Positions 23,447 to 36,948 of a DNA stretch of 64,000 nucleotides are shown here, piece after piece (within the stretch, counting starts at the first letter, position 1; each line of letters opens with the position of its first letter). A program made the position numbers and the translations under genes. Source of the stretch: Escherichia coli (GTDB lineage: Bacteria > Pseudomonadota > Gammaproteobacteria > Enterobacterales > Enterobacteriaceae); the NCBI RefSeq assembly GCF_003334255.1, contig NZ_QOWU01000015.1. One strand, given 5' to 3'. The notes under the pieces were generated by a model. It was given only the letters and a program-made list of their open reading frames with translations. It ran no database searches and was not told where the DNA came from.

Positions 23447-24445
23447 ATGTCTGCTTCGTCATTATCATTGCCGCAGGGCAAGAGCGTCTCGCTCAAACAA
23501 TTTGTCAGTCGCCATATTAATGAGATCGGTTTGCTGGTGGTAATCGCCATTCTTTATCTGGTCTTCTCCCTGAACGCGCCTGGCTTTATCTCATTGAATA
23601 ACCAGATGAACGTGCTGCGCGATGCCGCCACCATTGGGATTGCCGCCTGGGCGATGACGCTGATTATTATCTCCGGTGAAATTGATGTCAGCGTTGGGCC
23701 GATGGTGGCTTTTGTCTCGGTGTGCCTGGCATTTTTGCTGCAATTTGAAGTTCCGTTGGCGATTGCTTGTCTGCTGGTGTTGCTGTTAGGCGCGCTGATG
23801 GGAACGCTCGCCGGGGTGCTGCGCGGCGTGTTTAACGTACCAAGTTTCGTTGCCACACTGGGGCTGTGGAGCGCCCTGCGCGGAATGGGGCTGTTTATGA
23901 CCAACGCACTGCCAGTGCCGATTGACGAAAACGAGGTGCTGGACTGGCTGGGCGGACAATTTCTCGGTGTGCCAGTATCCGCGCTGATCATGATGGTGTT
24001 GTTTGCGCTGTTTGTGTTCATTAGCCGAAAAACCGCCTTCGGGCGCTCGGTTTTTGCCGTTGGCGGTAATGCCACGGCGGCGCAGTTGTGCGGCATCAAC
24101 GTTCGTCGGGTACGCATTCTTATCTTTACCCTTTCGGGATTATTAGCGGCGGTGACCGGCATTTTGTTGGCGGCGCGCCTCGGTTCCGGTAACGCAGGTG
24201 CCGCAAACGGTCTGGAGTTTGACGTCATCGCCGCGGTCGTGGTCGGCGGTACGGCACTTTCCGGCGGTCGCGGTTCCCTGTTCGGTACATTGCTTGGTGT
24301 GCTGGTGATTACGCTAATCGGTAACGGTCTGGTGCTGCTCGGTATTAACTCCTTTTTCCAGCAGGTGGTACGCGGCGTCATCATCGTGGTGGCGGTGCTG
24401 GCGAATATCTTGCTGACCCAGCGAAGCAGTAAAGCGAAACGCTAA
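23447..24445 (+). CDS. yphD: ABC transporter permease
   Basis: Polytopic hydrophobic protein, ribose/xylose-permease-like. Confidence 0.92.
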   Translation: MSASSLSLPQGKSVSLKQFVSRHINEIGLLVVIAILYLVFSLNAPGFISLNNQMNVLRDAATIGIAAWAMTLIIISGEIDVSVGPMVAFVSVCLAFLLQFEVPLAIACLLVLLLGALMGTLAGVLRGVFNVPSFVATLGLWSALRGMGLFMTNALPVPIDENEVLDWLGGQFLGVPVSALIMMVLFALFVFISRKTAFGRSVFAVGGNATAAQLCGINVRRVRILIFTLSGLLAAVTGILLAARLGSGNAGAANGLEFDVIAAVVVGGTALSGGRGSLFGTLLGVLVITLIGNGLVLLGINSFFQQVVRGVIIVVAVLANILLTQRSSKAKR

Positions 24446-24510
24446 ACCTTAACGCCCCTGGCGCGGGTGCGGCAGGGATGAAAATTAATCGTATTGTTAA
24501 TGAGGGATTT

Positions 24511-25572
24511 ATGAAAACGATGCTGGCAGCTTATTTACCAGGAAATTCGACCGTCGATCTGCGGGAAGTTGCGGTGCCGACGCCGGGGATTAACCAGGTA
24601 CTGATCAAAATGAAATCCTCCGGGATTTGCGGAAGCGATGTCCACTATATCTATCATCAACACCGTGCCACAGCGGCGGCACCCGATAAACCGTTATACC
24701 AGGGCTTTATCAACGGTCATGAACCGTGCGGGCAGATTGTGGCGATGGGGCAAGGCTGCCGCCATTTTAAAGAGGGCGACCGCGTGCTGGTGTATCACAT
24801 TTCTGGCTGTGGTTTTTGCCCGAACTGCCGCCGCGGCTTTCCTATCTCTTGTACTGGCAAAGGAAAAGCGGCTTACGGCTGGCAGCGTGACGGCGGTCAT
24901 GCCGAATATCTGCTGGCGGAAGAAAAAGATCTGATCCTCCTGCCGGATGCGCTGAGCTACGAAGATGGTGCGTTTATCAGTTGCGGCGTTGGCACGGCCT
25001 ATGAAGGGATTTTGCGCGGCGAAGTTTCCGGCAGCGATAACGTGCTGGTGGTCGGTCTGGGGCCGGTCGGCATGATGGCGATGATGCTGGCGAAAGGTCG
25101 CGGTGCAAAACGGATCATCGGCGTTGATATGCTGCCGGAACGTCTGGCGATGGCAAAACAGTTAGGGGTGATGGATCACGGCTATTTAGCGACCACCGAA
25201 GGTCTGCCGCAGATAATTGCTGAACTTACCCACGGTGGCGCGGATGTTGCGCTCGATTGTTCCGGTAATGCCGCAGGTCGCTTGCTGGCACTGCAATCCA
25301 CTGCTGACTGGGGGCGGGTGGTTTACATTGGTGAAACCGGAAAAGTGGAATTCGAGGTCAGCGCCGATCTGATGCACCATCAACGGCGGATTATTGGCTC
25401 CTGGGTGACCAGTCTGTTCCATATGGAAAAATGCGCCCACGATTTAACGGACTGGAAACTGTGGCCGCGTAACGCCATTACCCATCGCTTCTCGCTGGAA
25501 CAGGCAGGTGATGCCTATGCGCTGATGGCGAGCGGCAAATGCGGGAAAGTTGTGATTAACTTCCCGGATTAA
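24511..25572 (+). CDS. yphC: Zn-dependent alcohol/polyol dehydrogenase (MDR family)
   Basis: GHEPCG zinc motif, GLGPVG Rossmann motif; start trimmed from 24478 to the ATG with a GAGGGA RBS. Confidence 0.87.
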   Translation: MKTMLAAYLPGNSTVDLREVAVPTPGINQVLIKMKSSGICGSDVHYIYHQHRATAAAPDKPLYQGFINGHEPCGQIVAMGQGCRHFKEGDRVLVYHISGCGFCPNCRRGFPISCTGKGKAAYGWQRDGGHAEYLLAEEKDLILLPDALSYEDGAFISCGVGTAYEGILRGEVSGSDNVLVVGLGPVGMMAMMLAKGRGAKRIIGVDMLPERLAMAKQLGVMDHGYLATTEGLPQIIAELTHGGADVALDCSGNAAGRLLALQSTADWGRVVYIGETGKVEFEVSADLMHHQRRIIGSWVTSLFHMEKCAHDLTDWKLWPRNAITHRFSLEQAGDAYALMASGKCGKVVINFPD

Positions 25573-25583
25573 GGAGTTAGCGG

Positions 25584-26456
25584 ATGACCATCTATACCTT
25601 ATCCCACGGGTCGCTAAAGCTGGACGTTTCTGACCAGGGCAGCGTAATCGAAGGCTTCTGGCGCGATACGACGCCGCTCTTACGTCCTGGTAAAAAAAGC
25701 GGTGTGGCAACCGATGCCTCCTGTTTTCCGCTGGTGCCGTTTGCAAACCGGGTGAGCGGCAACCATTTTGTCTGGCAGGGGCGTGAGTATCAATTGCAAC
25801 CGAATGTTGAATGGGATGCGCACTATCTGCACGGCGACGGCTGGCTGGGGCAGTGGCAATGTGTCTCGCGCAATGATGATAGCTTGTGTCTGGTGTATGA
25901 ACATCGCAGCGGTGTTTATCACTATCGGGTAAGTCAGGCGTTTCATTTAACGGCGGATACGCTGACGGTGACGCTCTCTGTCACCAATCAAGGAGCAGAG
26001 ACGCTGCCATTTGGTACCGGCTGGCATCCTTATTTTCCGTTGTCACCACAAACGCGGATTCAGGCGCAGGCGAGCGGTTACTGGCTGGAACGGGAGCAGT
26101 GGCTGGCGGGTGAGTTTTGCGAGCAGCTACCGCAGGAACTGGATTTTAACCAGCTCGCGCCGTTGCCGCGCCAGTGGGTGAACAATGGTTTTGCCGGATG
26201 GAATGGTCAGGCCCGCATCGAGCAGCCGCAGGAAGGTTATGCCATCATCATGGAAACGACGCCACCTGCACCGTGTTATTTCATCTTTGTTTCCGACCCT
26301 GCGTTTGATAAAGGATATGCGTTTGATTTCTTCTGTCTGGAACCGATGAGCCATGCGCCGGATGATCATCATCGCCCGGAAGGGGGTGATCTCATTGCGC
26401 TAGCACCAGGGGAATCAACAACTTCAGAGATGTCGTTGCGGGTAGAGTGGCTGTAA
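25584..26456 (+). CDS. yphB: Aldose 1-epimerase (mutarotase)-family protein
   Basis: 290-aa ORF; family assignment by synteny and size. Confidence 0.85.
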   Translation: MTIYTLSHGSLKLDVSDQGSVIEGFWRDTTPLLRPGKKSGVATDASCFPLVPFANRVSGNHFVWQGREYQLQPNVEWDAHYLHGDGWLGQWQCVSRNDDSLCLVYEHRSGVYHYRVSQAFHLTADTLTVTLSVTNQGAETLPFGTGWHPYFPLSPQTRIQAQASGYWLEREQWLAGEFCEQLPQELDFNQLAPLPRQWVNNGFAGWNGQARIEQPQEGYAIIMETTPPAPCYFIFVSDPAFDKGYAFDFFCLEPMSHAPDDHHRPEGGDLIALAPGESTTSEMSLRVEWL

Positions 26457-26466
26457 TTTATTAAAT

Positions 26467-26497
26467 GCCGGATAAGGCGTTCACGCCGCATCCGGCA
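26467..26497. repeat. Single REP palindrome
   Basis: gccggataaggcgttcacgccgcatccggc. Confidence 0.6.
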
Positions 26498-26503
26498 TCT
26501 TTC

Positions 26504-26926
26504 CTAACGCCGATCGAGAGAAATTGCCCCCGGCCCGGTAATTGCCAATAGCAAGAACGCGCCAGCGATACTGACATTCTTCCAGAAATTAATCATATTT
26601 GGCCCAACCGCATCGCCGGTCATATCCCAGTAATGGTGACCAATCACCGCCGTACCCAGCGTGTAGAAAATAAACAGCACCGCCAGCGGACGGGTGAAAA
26701 AGCCAAGCACGATTAATATCGCGGCGGGCACTTCCATAACTACCGCAATAATCGCTGCCAGCATCGGCATTGGCGCGCCCAACGAGGCCATATATTGGAC
26801 CGTACCGTCAAAGCCCATCATTTTGGGAAAACCAAAAATAATGAAAATTAAGACCACGGCGATACGGGCAATTAATAACAAAACGGGGCGGGCAGCTCCA
26901 AAATCAAAATAACGTAGTGTGTTCAT
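26504..26926 (-). CDS. yphA: DoxX-family inner membrane protein (140 aa)
   Basis: [29 protein letters not shown]...; four predicted TM helices. Confidence 0.85.
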
Positions 26927-27022
26927 AACCAATCCCTTTGCAAGATAATGTGATTTAAACGTAATACACACTCTTGCACCTCGCCACGCCCCAGGCGTTG
27001 AGATATTCGCTAATTATCCTGG

Positions 27023-28234
<1,212 letters not shown>

Positions 28235-29047
28235 TTAAAGATCCAGCCCAGCCGCTACGTGGCGAATGCCGCGAATCGCTAAACCCGCATCAGCGTTGAT
28301 CATCACACCGCTTAATGCGCGATTATTGCGCCGCGATGCCAACATCACATACGGCCCCGTAAAATCCGCCGGTTGCGGGAAAAATTGCAGCGGTAAAATG
28401 GCGGCAATTTTCTCCGGCGTCAGAGACTGCATTATCGAGGTTTCACTTTGCCCGAGCGCCTGTGGGCCGCGCAGGTCGCTGGCCATACCACACGGGCCGA
28501 CGCCATTCACCCGCACTTTCGGTGCCAGTTCATAAGCCAGTTGGCGAATAAGTCCGGTTGCGGCATGTTTACTGGCGGTGTACAGCGGGCCACCGCCGCC
28601 AGGATACCAGGCGGCATTTGACAGTGTGAAAATCATGCTGCCTTCACTGGCGATTAACGCCGGAGCGCAGGCTTTTGCGCCCAGCAGGTAACCGAGTACG
28701 TTGACGTTAAACAGCTCGTGGAAGCCGGTTTCGAGCGTCTCTGCGGGAGTATTAACCAGTGAGGCATTGTGATCCCAGATGCCTGCATTGCCGATAAAAC
28801 AATCCAGCTTGCCGGAACGAGTCAGGATCTGATCGACCGCGCGTTGATAATCGGCATAACAGGTCACGTTACCTTCCACCGCCAGAATATGTTCGCCAAA
28901 TCGCTGACGCAGACTGGCGACTTTTGCCGCCGACAGTTCCAGCGTGGCAACCTGCGCGCCTTCTTCGATAAATCGCTCGACCAGCGCCAGCCCTAATCCC
29001 GATCCGCCGCCGGTAATAAAAATGGACTCGTTATGCAGATCGCTCAT
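28235..29047 (-). CDS. hcaB: cis-dihydrodiol dehydrogenase (SDR family)
   Basis: [11 protein letters not shown] cofactor motif. Confidence 0.93.
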
Positions 29048-29363
29048 GGCTGCGCCTCCGGTAAGTCGATGAAAATGTCACCACCTTCAACGTGTACTGG
29101 ATAAGTGGTGAGCGGATCGGTGGCGGGCAGGCATAACGCTTTCCCCGTTTTCAGGCAAAAACTGGCGGCGTGTAGCGGGCACTCCACCGTGGCGTCATCT
29201 TCCAGATACCCTTCTGACATTGACGCATTACCATGGCTGCAACGATCGTTAATGGCATAAAACTCGCCGCCAACGTTGAACAGGGCGATGACGGGCGAGG
29301 TATCGATCCGGAGAGCCTCACCCTCCGGCACATCCGCAACGGGACACGCATAAATTCGATTCA

Positions 29364-29364
<1 letters not shown>
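29044..29364 (-). CDS. hcaC: Rieske [2Fe-2S] ferredoxin subunit
   Basis: CSHG...CPLH Rieske motifs. Confidence 0.93.
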
Positions 29365-31276
<1,912 letters not shown>

Positions 31277-31375
31277 CTATTTTTGTGCCATAAGGATGTT
31301 GCTGGTTGGTTGCTAATATGTGAAATAGTTAATTTCTACCAGCTGAGACGTTTTTTCGATAACAAGGGGAAGGTG

Positions 31376-32266
31376 ATGGAACTACGGCATTTACGCTATT
31401 TCGTCGCAGTGGCGCAGGCACTGAACTTTACCCGTGCGGCGGAAAAACTGCATACCTCACAGCCTTCGTTAAGCAGCCAGATCCGCGATCTTGAAAACTG
31501 TGTCGGTGTTCCGTTACTGGTGAGGGATAAGCGCAAAGTCGCGTTGACGGCGGCGGGAGAATGTTTTCTCCAGGACGCGCTGGCAATCCTCGAACAAGCG
31601 GAAAATGCCAAATTACGGGCGCGGAAAATTGTTCAGGAAGACAGACAATTAACCATTGGCTTTGTGCCATCGGCGGAAGTGAATTTATTGCCAAAAGTAT
31701 TACCGATGTTTCGTCTCAGACAGCCAGACACCTTGATTGAGCTGGTGAGTTTAATCACCACGCAACAGGAGGAAAAAATTCGCCGTGGTGAACTCGACGT
31801 CGGCTTAATGCGCCATCCTGTTTATAGCCCGGAGATTGATTATCTGGAGCTTTTTGACGAACCATTAGTGGTGGTGTTACCGGTTGATCACCCTTTAGCA
31901 CATGAAAAAGAGATCACCGCCGCGCAGCTTAATGGCGTGAATTTCGTCAGTACCGATCCGGCGTATTCCGGTTCGCTTGCGCCGATCGTTAAAGCGTGGT
32001 TTGCGCAAGAAAACAGCCAGCCAAATATCGTCCAGGTGGCAACGAATATTCTGGTGACCATGAATCTGGTGGGCATGGGGCTGGGCGTCACTTTGATACC
32101 CGGTTATATGAATAATTTTAATACCGGACAGGTTGTTTTTCGTCCCATTGCCGGAAATGTGCCTTCCATTGCTTTACTGATGGCGTGGAAGAAAGGGGAG
32201 ATGAAGCCGGCATTACGCGATTTCATCGCCATTGTGCAGGAACGTTTGGCAAGCGTAACGGCATAA
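31376..32266 (+). CDS. hcaR: LysR-type activator of the hca operon (296 aa)
   Basis: MELRHLRYFVAVAQALNFTRAAEKLHTSQPSLSSQIRDLE; divergent from hcaE. Confidence 0.9.
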   Translation: MELRHLRYFVAVAQALNFTRAAEKLHTSQPSLSSQIRDLENCVGVPLLVRDKRKVALTAAGECFLQDALAILEQAENAKLRARKIVQEDRQLTIGFVPSAEVNLLPKVLPMFRLRQPDTLIELVSLITTQQEEKIRRGELDVGLMRHPVYSPEIDYLELFDEPLVVVLPVDHPLAHEKEITAAQLNGVNFVSTDPAYSGSLAPIVKAWFAQENSQPNIVQVATNILVTMNLVGMGLGVTLIPGYMNNFNTGQVVFRPIAGNVPSIALLMAWKKGEMKPALRDFIAIVQERLASVTA

Positions 32267-32425
32267 TTACGCATTATTTTTGCAACATGCGTCGCGGATC
32301 GCAGTTTTTTAGTGCTTGTGAACTGGCGTTACAGACATCGGGAAGCAGGCTCGAATATTCTTATTTTTCAACTTGCACCAACATTCGATTAACCCCAGAC
32401 TAACGCCTCCTGACGGGAGGGACTC

Positions 32426-33565
32426 ATGGTTTTGCAATCCACGCGCTGGTTGGCGCTCGGCTATTTCACATACTTTTTTAGTTACGGCATTTTTCTACCT
32501 TTCTGGAGCGTCTGGCTTAAAGGGATTGGTTTAACGCCAGAAACCATCGGCCTGTTATTGGGGGCAGGTCTGGTTGCCCGTTTTCTCGGGAGTTTGCTCA
32601 TCGCGCCCCGCGTCAGTGATCCTTCTCGCCTGATTTCCGCCTTGCGCGTGCTGGCAATGATGACACTTCTCTTTGCTGTCGCCTTCTGGGCGGGGGCGCA
32701 CGTAGCGTGGCTGATGCTGGTGATGATTGGCTTTAACCTCTTTTTCTCACCGCTGGTACCGTTGACCGATGCACTGGCGAATACGTGGCAAAAGCAGTTC
32801 CCGCTTGATTACGGCAAAGTGCGACTGTGGGGCTCGGTGGCGTTTGTCATTGGCTCGGCGCTGACGGGCAAACTGGTCACTATGTTTGATTATCAGGTGA
32901 TCCTCGCGCTGTTGACATTGGGCGTGGCATCCATGCTGCTCGGCTTTCTCATCCGTCCGACGATTCAGCCACAAGGGGCAAGCCGCCAGCAGGAGAGCAC
33001 CGGTTGGTCAGCGTGGTTGGCGCTGGTTCGCCAGAACTGGCGCTTTCTGGCCTGCGTTTGTTTATTGCAGGGGGCACATGCGGCCTATTACGGTTTTAGC
33101 GCCATTTACTGGCAGGCAGTTGGCTACTCGGCCTCGGCGGTGGGCTATTTGTGGTCGCTGGGCGTAGTGGCGGAAGTCATTATCTTTGCGCTGAGTAATA
33201 AACTTTTCCGCCGTTGTAGTGCACGCGATATGCTGTTGATCTCGGCGATTTGCGGCGTAGTGCGCTGGGGCATTATGGGAGCAACTACGGCGTTGCCGTG
33301 GTTGATAGTGGTGCAAATTCTGCATTGCGGCACCTTCACGGTCTGCCACCTGGCCGCCATGCGTTATATTGCTGCTCGCCAGGGTAGCGAAGTCATCCGT
33401 TTACAGGCGGTTTACTCTGCCGTCGCGATGGGCGGCAGTATCGCTATCATGACCGTTTTCGCCGGTTTCCTGTATCAATATCTGGGCCACGGCGTGTTCT
33501 GGGTGATGGCGCTGGTGGCGCTTCCGGCAATGTTTTTGCGCCCGAAAGTTGTTCCCTCATGCTGA
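32426..33565 (+). CDS. hcaT: MFS transporter (probable 3-phenylpropionate uptake)
   Basis: 12-TM-like hydrophobic profile; synteny. Confidence 0.9.
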   Translation: MVLQSTRWLALGYFTYFFSYGIFLPFWSVWLKGIGLTPETIGLLLGAGLVARFLGSLLIAPRVSDPSRLISALRVLAMMTLLFAVAFWAGAHVAWLMLVMIGFNLFFSPLVPLTDALANTWQKQFPLDYGKVRLWGSVAFVIGSALTGKLVTMFDYQVILALLTLGVASMLLGFLIRPTIQPQGASRQQESTGWSAWLALVRQNWRFLACVCLLQGAHAAYYGFSAIYWQAVGYSASAVGYLWSLGVVAEVIIFALSNKLFRRCSARDMLLISAICGVVRWGIMGATTALPWLIVVQILHCGTFTVCHLAAMRYIAARQGSEVIRLQAVYSAVAMGGSIAIMTVFAGFLYQYLGHGVFWVMALVALPAMFLRPKVVPSC

Positions 33566-34837
33566 TTCGAGCATTTTGCGGATCTGCTCCTGTTGATGTG
33601 TTGTCAGTGTCAGGTCCGTATAGATCAGCGGTGGTGAAAAGAGCGGTAACGGCATGGTATAAGGAGCAATAATCAGTGCCGCGCCTCGCGGAGCGCCTGT
33701 CTGCAAAAATGCCTTTACCGACATATGCTTAATGTTGAGCGGCAGTAACGTTAGTTCGCGTAACTGCTGCTCAATCTGCGCTTCTCGCTCGCTATCATTC
33801 CCGGTCAGTAGAATAATCTGTTTTTCATGCAGATCGTTTTCCTGCATTAGCCAGGCACCGAAAATCACCGCGACCAGACCACTTTCCTCATCAGAAAGAT
33901 GGACGCCGTATTCACTTTCAAATCCGGCCAGCGCCGCGCGGGTGGTGCGCACCAGGCGTGGGTACAGTCTGGCGAACTCTTCCGGCAGGGTATTATCAAT
34001 ACCGATGGCAAACAAACTGCGATTTAACGCCTGGGCGAGGTGGGTATAAAGCTGATCGCATAACCCCTGTTCATCATAAAAACGAACATTTCCCAGCTCA
34101 CGAAAATGGTTTACCAGACGTTTGATAGACTGACGCAATTGTCTGTCTCGCTGATGCGCATCACGCAATGGATCGGGAACCCGCAACATGGAAAAAAGTA
34201 ATGCCATAAACAGTGGCTCATCAGGCGGTACAGGCTGGAGCGCCCGACGCTGCCAGTGGCGTCCAATTTCCTGCGCTACCTGAAATTCAAGGCAGGATTC
34301 CGCCCAGCGACGTTGGAGCGGATTAAACTGAGGCGTCATTCCAGCGTGGTGCTGCAGCAAACAATATTGCAGATACAGACACAGGAAATGAATATCGCGC
34401 GATTCAAAGCGTTTTTGCAGCCGTCGGGAGCAGAGATTCACTAACGCTTGTAGATTGGTATCGTCGTAAAAGTTACGCGCAATTCCGCGCCGCTTCAATT
34501 CACTCTTCAGGGCGGGGGTGAATTGGCTGGTAATAAATGACGGACACAGACGGAAACCACGTCGTAGCCAGTGAAATAAACACAAACGTTGGTTAAGCAC
34601 TGTACCTTCAACCCGGTAGCTACCGTCATAACCAGTCGTCAGTGTGAGTTGATGATAGCGCAGGATCTCCCGTCCTGTTTCGCTGATATCAAGACTGGCA
34701 ATATCATCATCCACACCATTAAGCTCGCTGAAGGTTGCCATGGTGGCGGTCAACCCCGGCTGAAAGAGCGTCAGCAAGATCTGGCAGCGGCGCTGGGGAG
34801 CCGAAAGGACAGATGGTGGAGCAAGCGTAGGCATCAT
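33557..34837 (-). CDS. csiE: Stationary-phase-inducible protein CsiE (426 aa)
   Basis: MMPTLAPPSVLSAPQRRCQ...; synteny. Confidence 0.87.
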   Translation of the reverse strand: MMPTLAPPSVLSAPQRRCQILLTLFQPGLTATMATFSELNGVDDDIASLDISETGREILRYHQLTLTTGYDGSYRVEGTVLNQRLCLFHWLRRGFRLCPSFITSQFTPALKSELKRRGIARNFYDDTNLQALVNLCSRRLQKRFESRDIHFLCLYLQYCLLQHHAGMTPQFNPLQRRWAESCLEFQVAQEIGRHWQRRALQPVPPDEPLFMALLFSMLRVPDPLRDAHQRDRQLRQSIKRLVNHFRELGNVRFYDEQGLCDQLYTHLAQALNRSLFAIGIDNTLPEEFARLYPRLVRTTRAALAGFESEYGVHLSDEESGLVAVIFGAWLMQENDLHEKQIILLTGNDSEREAQIEQQLRELTLLPLNIKHMSVKAFLQTGAPRGAALIIAPYTMPLPLFSPPLIYTDLTLTTHQQEQIRKMLESA

Positions 34838-35027
34838 CTGTAGATCTCCCATAAGCATAATTGATAAGAATAGCTAAAGTTTGCTCAAGGAAATGGCGAA
34901 GGGAATGCTAATCATCAGAAATGTTGGCAAGCGTCACAGAATTTTTCTCATCTTAAACTGTTCTGACCAGTGGATTAGCATGTCTTAAGGTGGTTTTGTG
35001 AATGATTATCGTGCTAGCGATCATGGG

Positions 35028-35882
35028 TTAGTTCTGCGGATTCAACGCGCTAAGGATAAAGTCCACCATCTGTTCGCGATAAACATCGCCGTGACGATCG
35101 GAAAAAGCATCAATGTGTTCGCCATCCGGGATTAGAATCAACCGTTTTGGCTCTTTTGCCAGGCTATACAACTTTTCGCTGTGCTGCCATGGGATAACGT
35201 GATCGGCTTTACCGTGAATGAGTAAAAGCGGGATCGGGCTGACGCTGGCGATGTAATTTTCGCCACTGTAACTCTCATCAAGTAAGTAGCCACTGCCGGG
35301 GATCATCTGGTTGGCGATGGTTGCATAAGAGGCAAATGTGGAGTCGAGGATCACCGCACGTATGCCTTCACGATCACCCTGACCAATAACAGCAAGAATA
35401 TTCGCCCCGCCAATACTCTGCCCGAACAGCACCAGCCGTTGTGGGTTTACATCACTGCGATGGCGCACCACATTGATGGCGCTTTGCGTATCGTCCAGCA
35501 ATCCGGCCTGGGACGGCGTGCCTTTTGATTTACCAAACCCGTGATAATCAAACATAAAAACGTTGAAATTACGCTCGGGTAACCAACTGACCAGCGGCCA
35601 GTGGGCGGACATATTTCCGGCATTGCCGTGAGCATGAATGATGGTTGCGATAGCGTTGTCAGCAGGGCCCGTCGAAGAAGGAATAAACCAGCCTTGCAGA
35701 CGAGTACCGTCCTTAGCCGTAAATTCGACGGATTCCGCCGACCAGGGGTCGGGACCGTAAAGTTTATCGTCAGGATAATAGAAGAAGTTGATGGCAACGC
35801 GCGGCACTAAATAAACGCAGAAGGCAACAACAAAGAGAATAAACAGAATTTTGAGAACGCGTTTGTTCACTGGCAGTGCCAT
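35028..35882 (-). CDS. yfhR: Membrane-anchored alpha/beta hydrolase of unknown function
   Basis: N-terminal TM helix; GQSIGG nucleophile elbow; start trimmed to the internal ATG. Confidence 0.85.
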   Translation of the reverse strand: MALPVNKRVLKILFILFVVAFCVYLVPRVAINFFYYPDDKLYGPDPWSAESVEFTAKDGTRLQGWFIPSSTGPADNAIATIIHAHGNAGNMSAHWPLVSWLPERNFNVFMFDYHGFGKSKGTPSQAGLLDDTQSAINVVRHRSDVNPQRLVLFGQSIGGANILAVIGQGDREGIRAVILDSTFASYATIANQMIPGSGYLLDESYSGENYIASVSPIPLLLIHGKADHVIPWQHSEKLYSLAKEPKRLILIPDGEHIDAFSDRHGDVYREQMVDFILSALNPQN

Positions 35883-36026
35883 AACCTTTCCTTGCGACTT
35901 CTTTATCATCCATTAATCGGGGAAAGATGGTGGGAGAGTGACGAAAGAAAGTAAAGCAGTGAGGAAGTATTTCGGAATAGCGCCTGAAAGGCGAGGGCGG
36001 GTGAGTGATATCACCCGCCTGAGTCA

Positions 36027-36830
36027 TTAACGCTTCAGAGCGTCGCTTAACTCGTCACGCATGTTCGCCAGCATGGCTTTAACAACGCGCGGGTTACCAG
36101 CAACGATGTTACCGGTCAGCATATAGTTATGACCACCGGTGAAGTCGCTGACGATGCCGCCCGCTTCACGAACCAGCAGCTCGCCTGCAGCGAAGTCCCA
36201 CGGGCGCAGACCGATTTCAAAGAAACCGTCAACACGACCCGCAGCGACGTAAGCCAGATCCAGCGCCGCAGAACCGGTACGACGGAAGTCTGCACATTCG
36301 TTGAATAGTTTGCCGACGATGTTGATGTAGGTAGTGGCGTACTGTTTGGCTTTGAACGGGAAGCCGGTCGCCAGAATAGTACCGTCGAGATCGCGAGCGG
36401 TGCTGCCGCGCAGACGGTAGCCGTTCAGCTGTGCGCCCTGACCGCGAGTGGCGGTGAACAGTTCGTTACGCATAGGATCGTATACCACAGCAACTTCGGT
36501 GCGGCCTTTGATACGAACAGCGATAGATACCGCGAAGTGCGGCAGACGTTTGATAAAGTTGGTAGTGCCATCCAGTGGATCGATAACCCATTGAACATCC
36601 TGATCAGTACCTTCAAGTTCACCGCTTTCTTCGGTGATGATGGTGTGCTGTGGGTAAGATTTACGAATCGTGTCGATAATCACCGCTTCGGCAGCTTTAT
36701 CTACGTTGGTCACGAAATCGTTACTGCCTTTCTGGCTCGCTTCTACAGCGTCCGGGGTTTCATAGTTTTTGGCAATTAAATTACCCGCCTTGCGCGCTGC
36801 GCGCACGGCGATGTTCAGCATCGGATGCAT
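36027..36830 (-). CDS. suhB: Inositol monophosphatase
   Basis: MHPMLNIAVRAARKAGNLIAKNY...; WVIDPLDGT motif. Confidence 0.95.
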   Translation of the reverse strand: MHPMLNIAVRAARKAGNLIAKNYETPDAVEASQKGSNDFVTNVDKAAEAVIIDTIRKSYPQHTIITEESGELEGTDQDVQWVIDPLDGTTNFIKRLPHFAVSIAVRIKGRTEVAVVYDPMRNELFTATRGQGAQLNGYRLRGSTARDLDGTILATGFPFKAKQYATTYINIVGKLFNECADFRRTGSAALDLAYVAAGRVDGFFEIGLRPWDFAAGELLVREAGGIVSDFTGGHNYMLTGNIVAGNPRVVKAMLANMRDELSDALKR

Positions 36831-36948
36831 CGGTCTCTCTCACTGGATGTTAAAGAACGGGAAAACGGCGCAGAGTATAGCAGCGAGATCGGCATCTGTC
36901 TTCGTTTTATGATAAGATGCGTGAATAATCTTTAGATGAAGAAAGACA

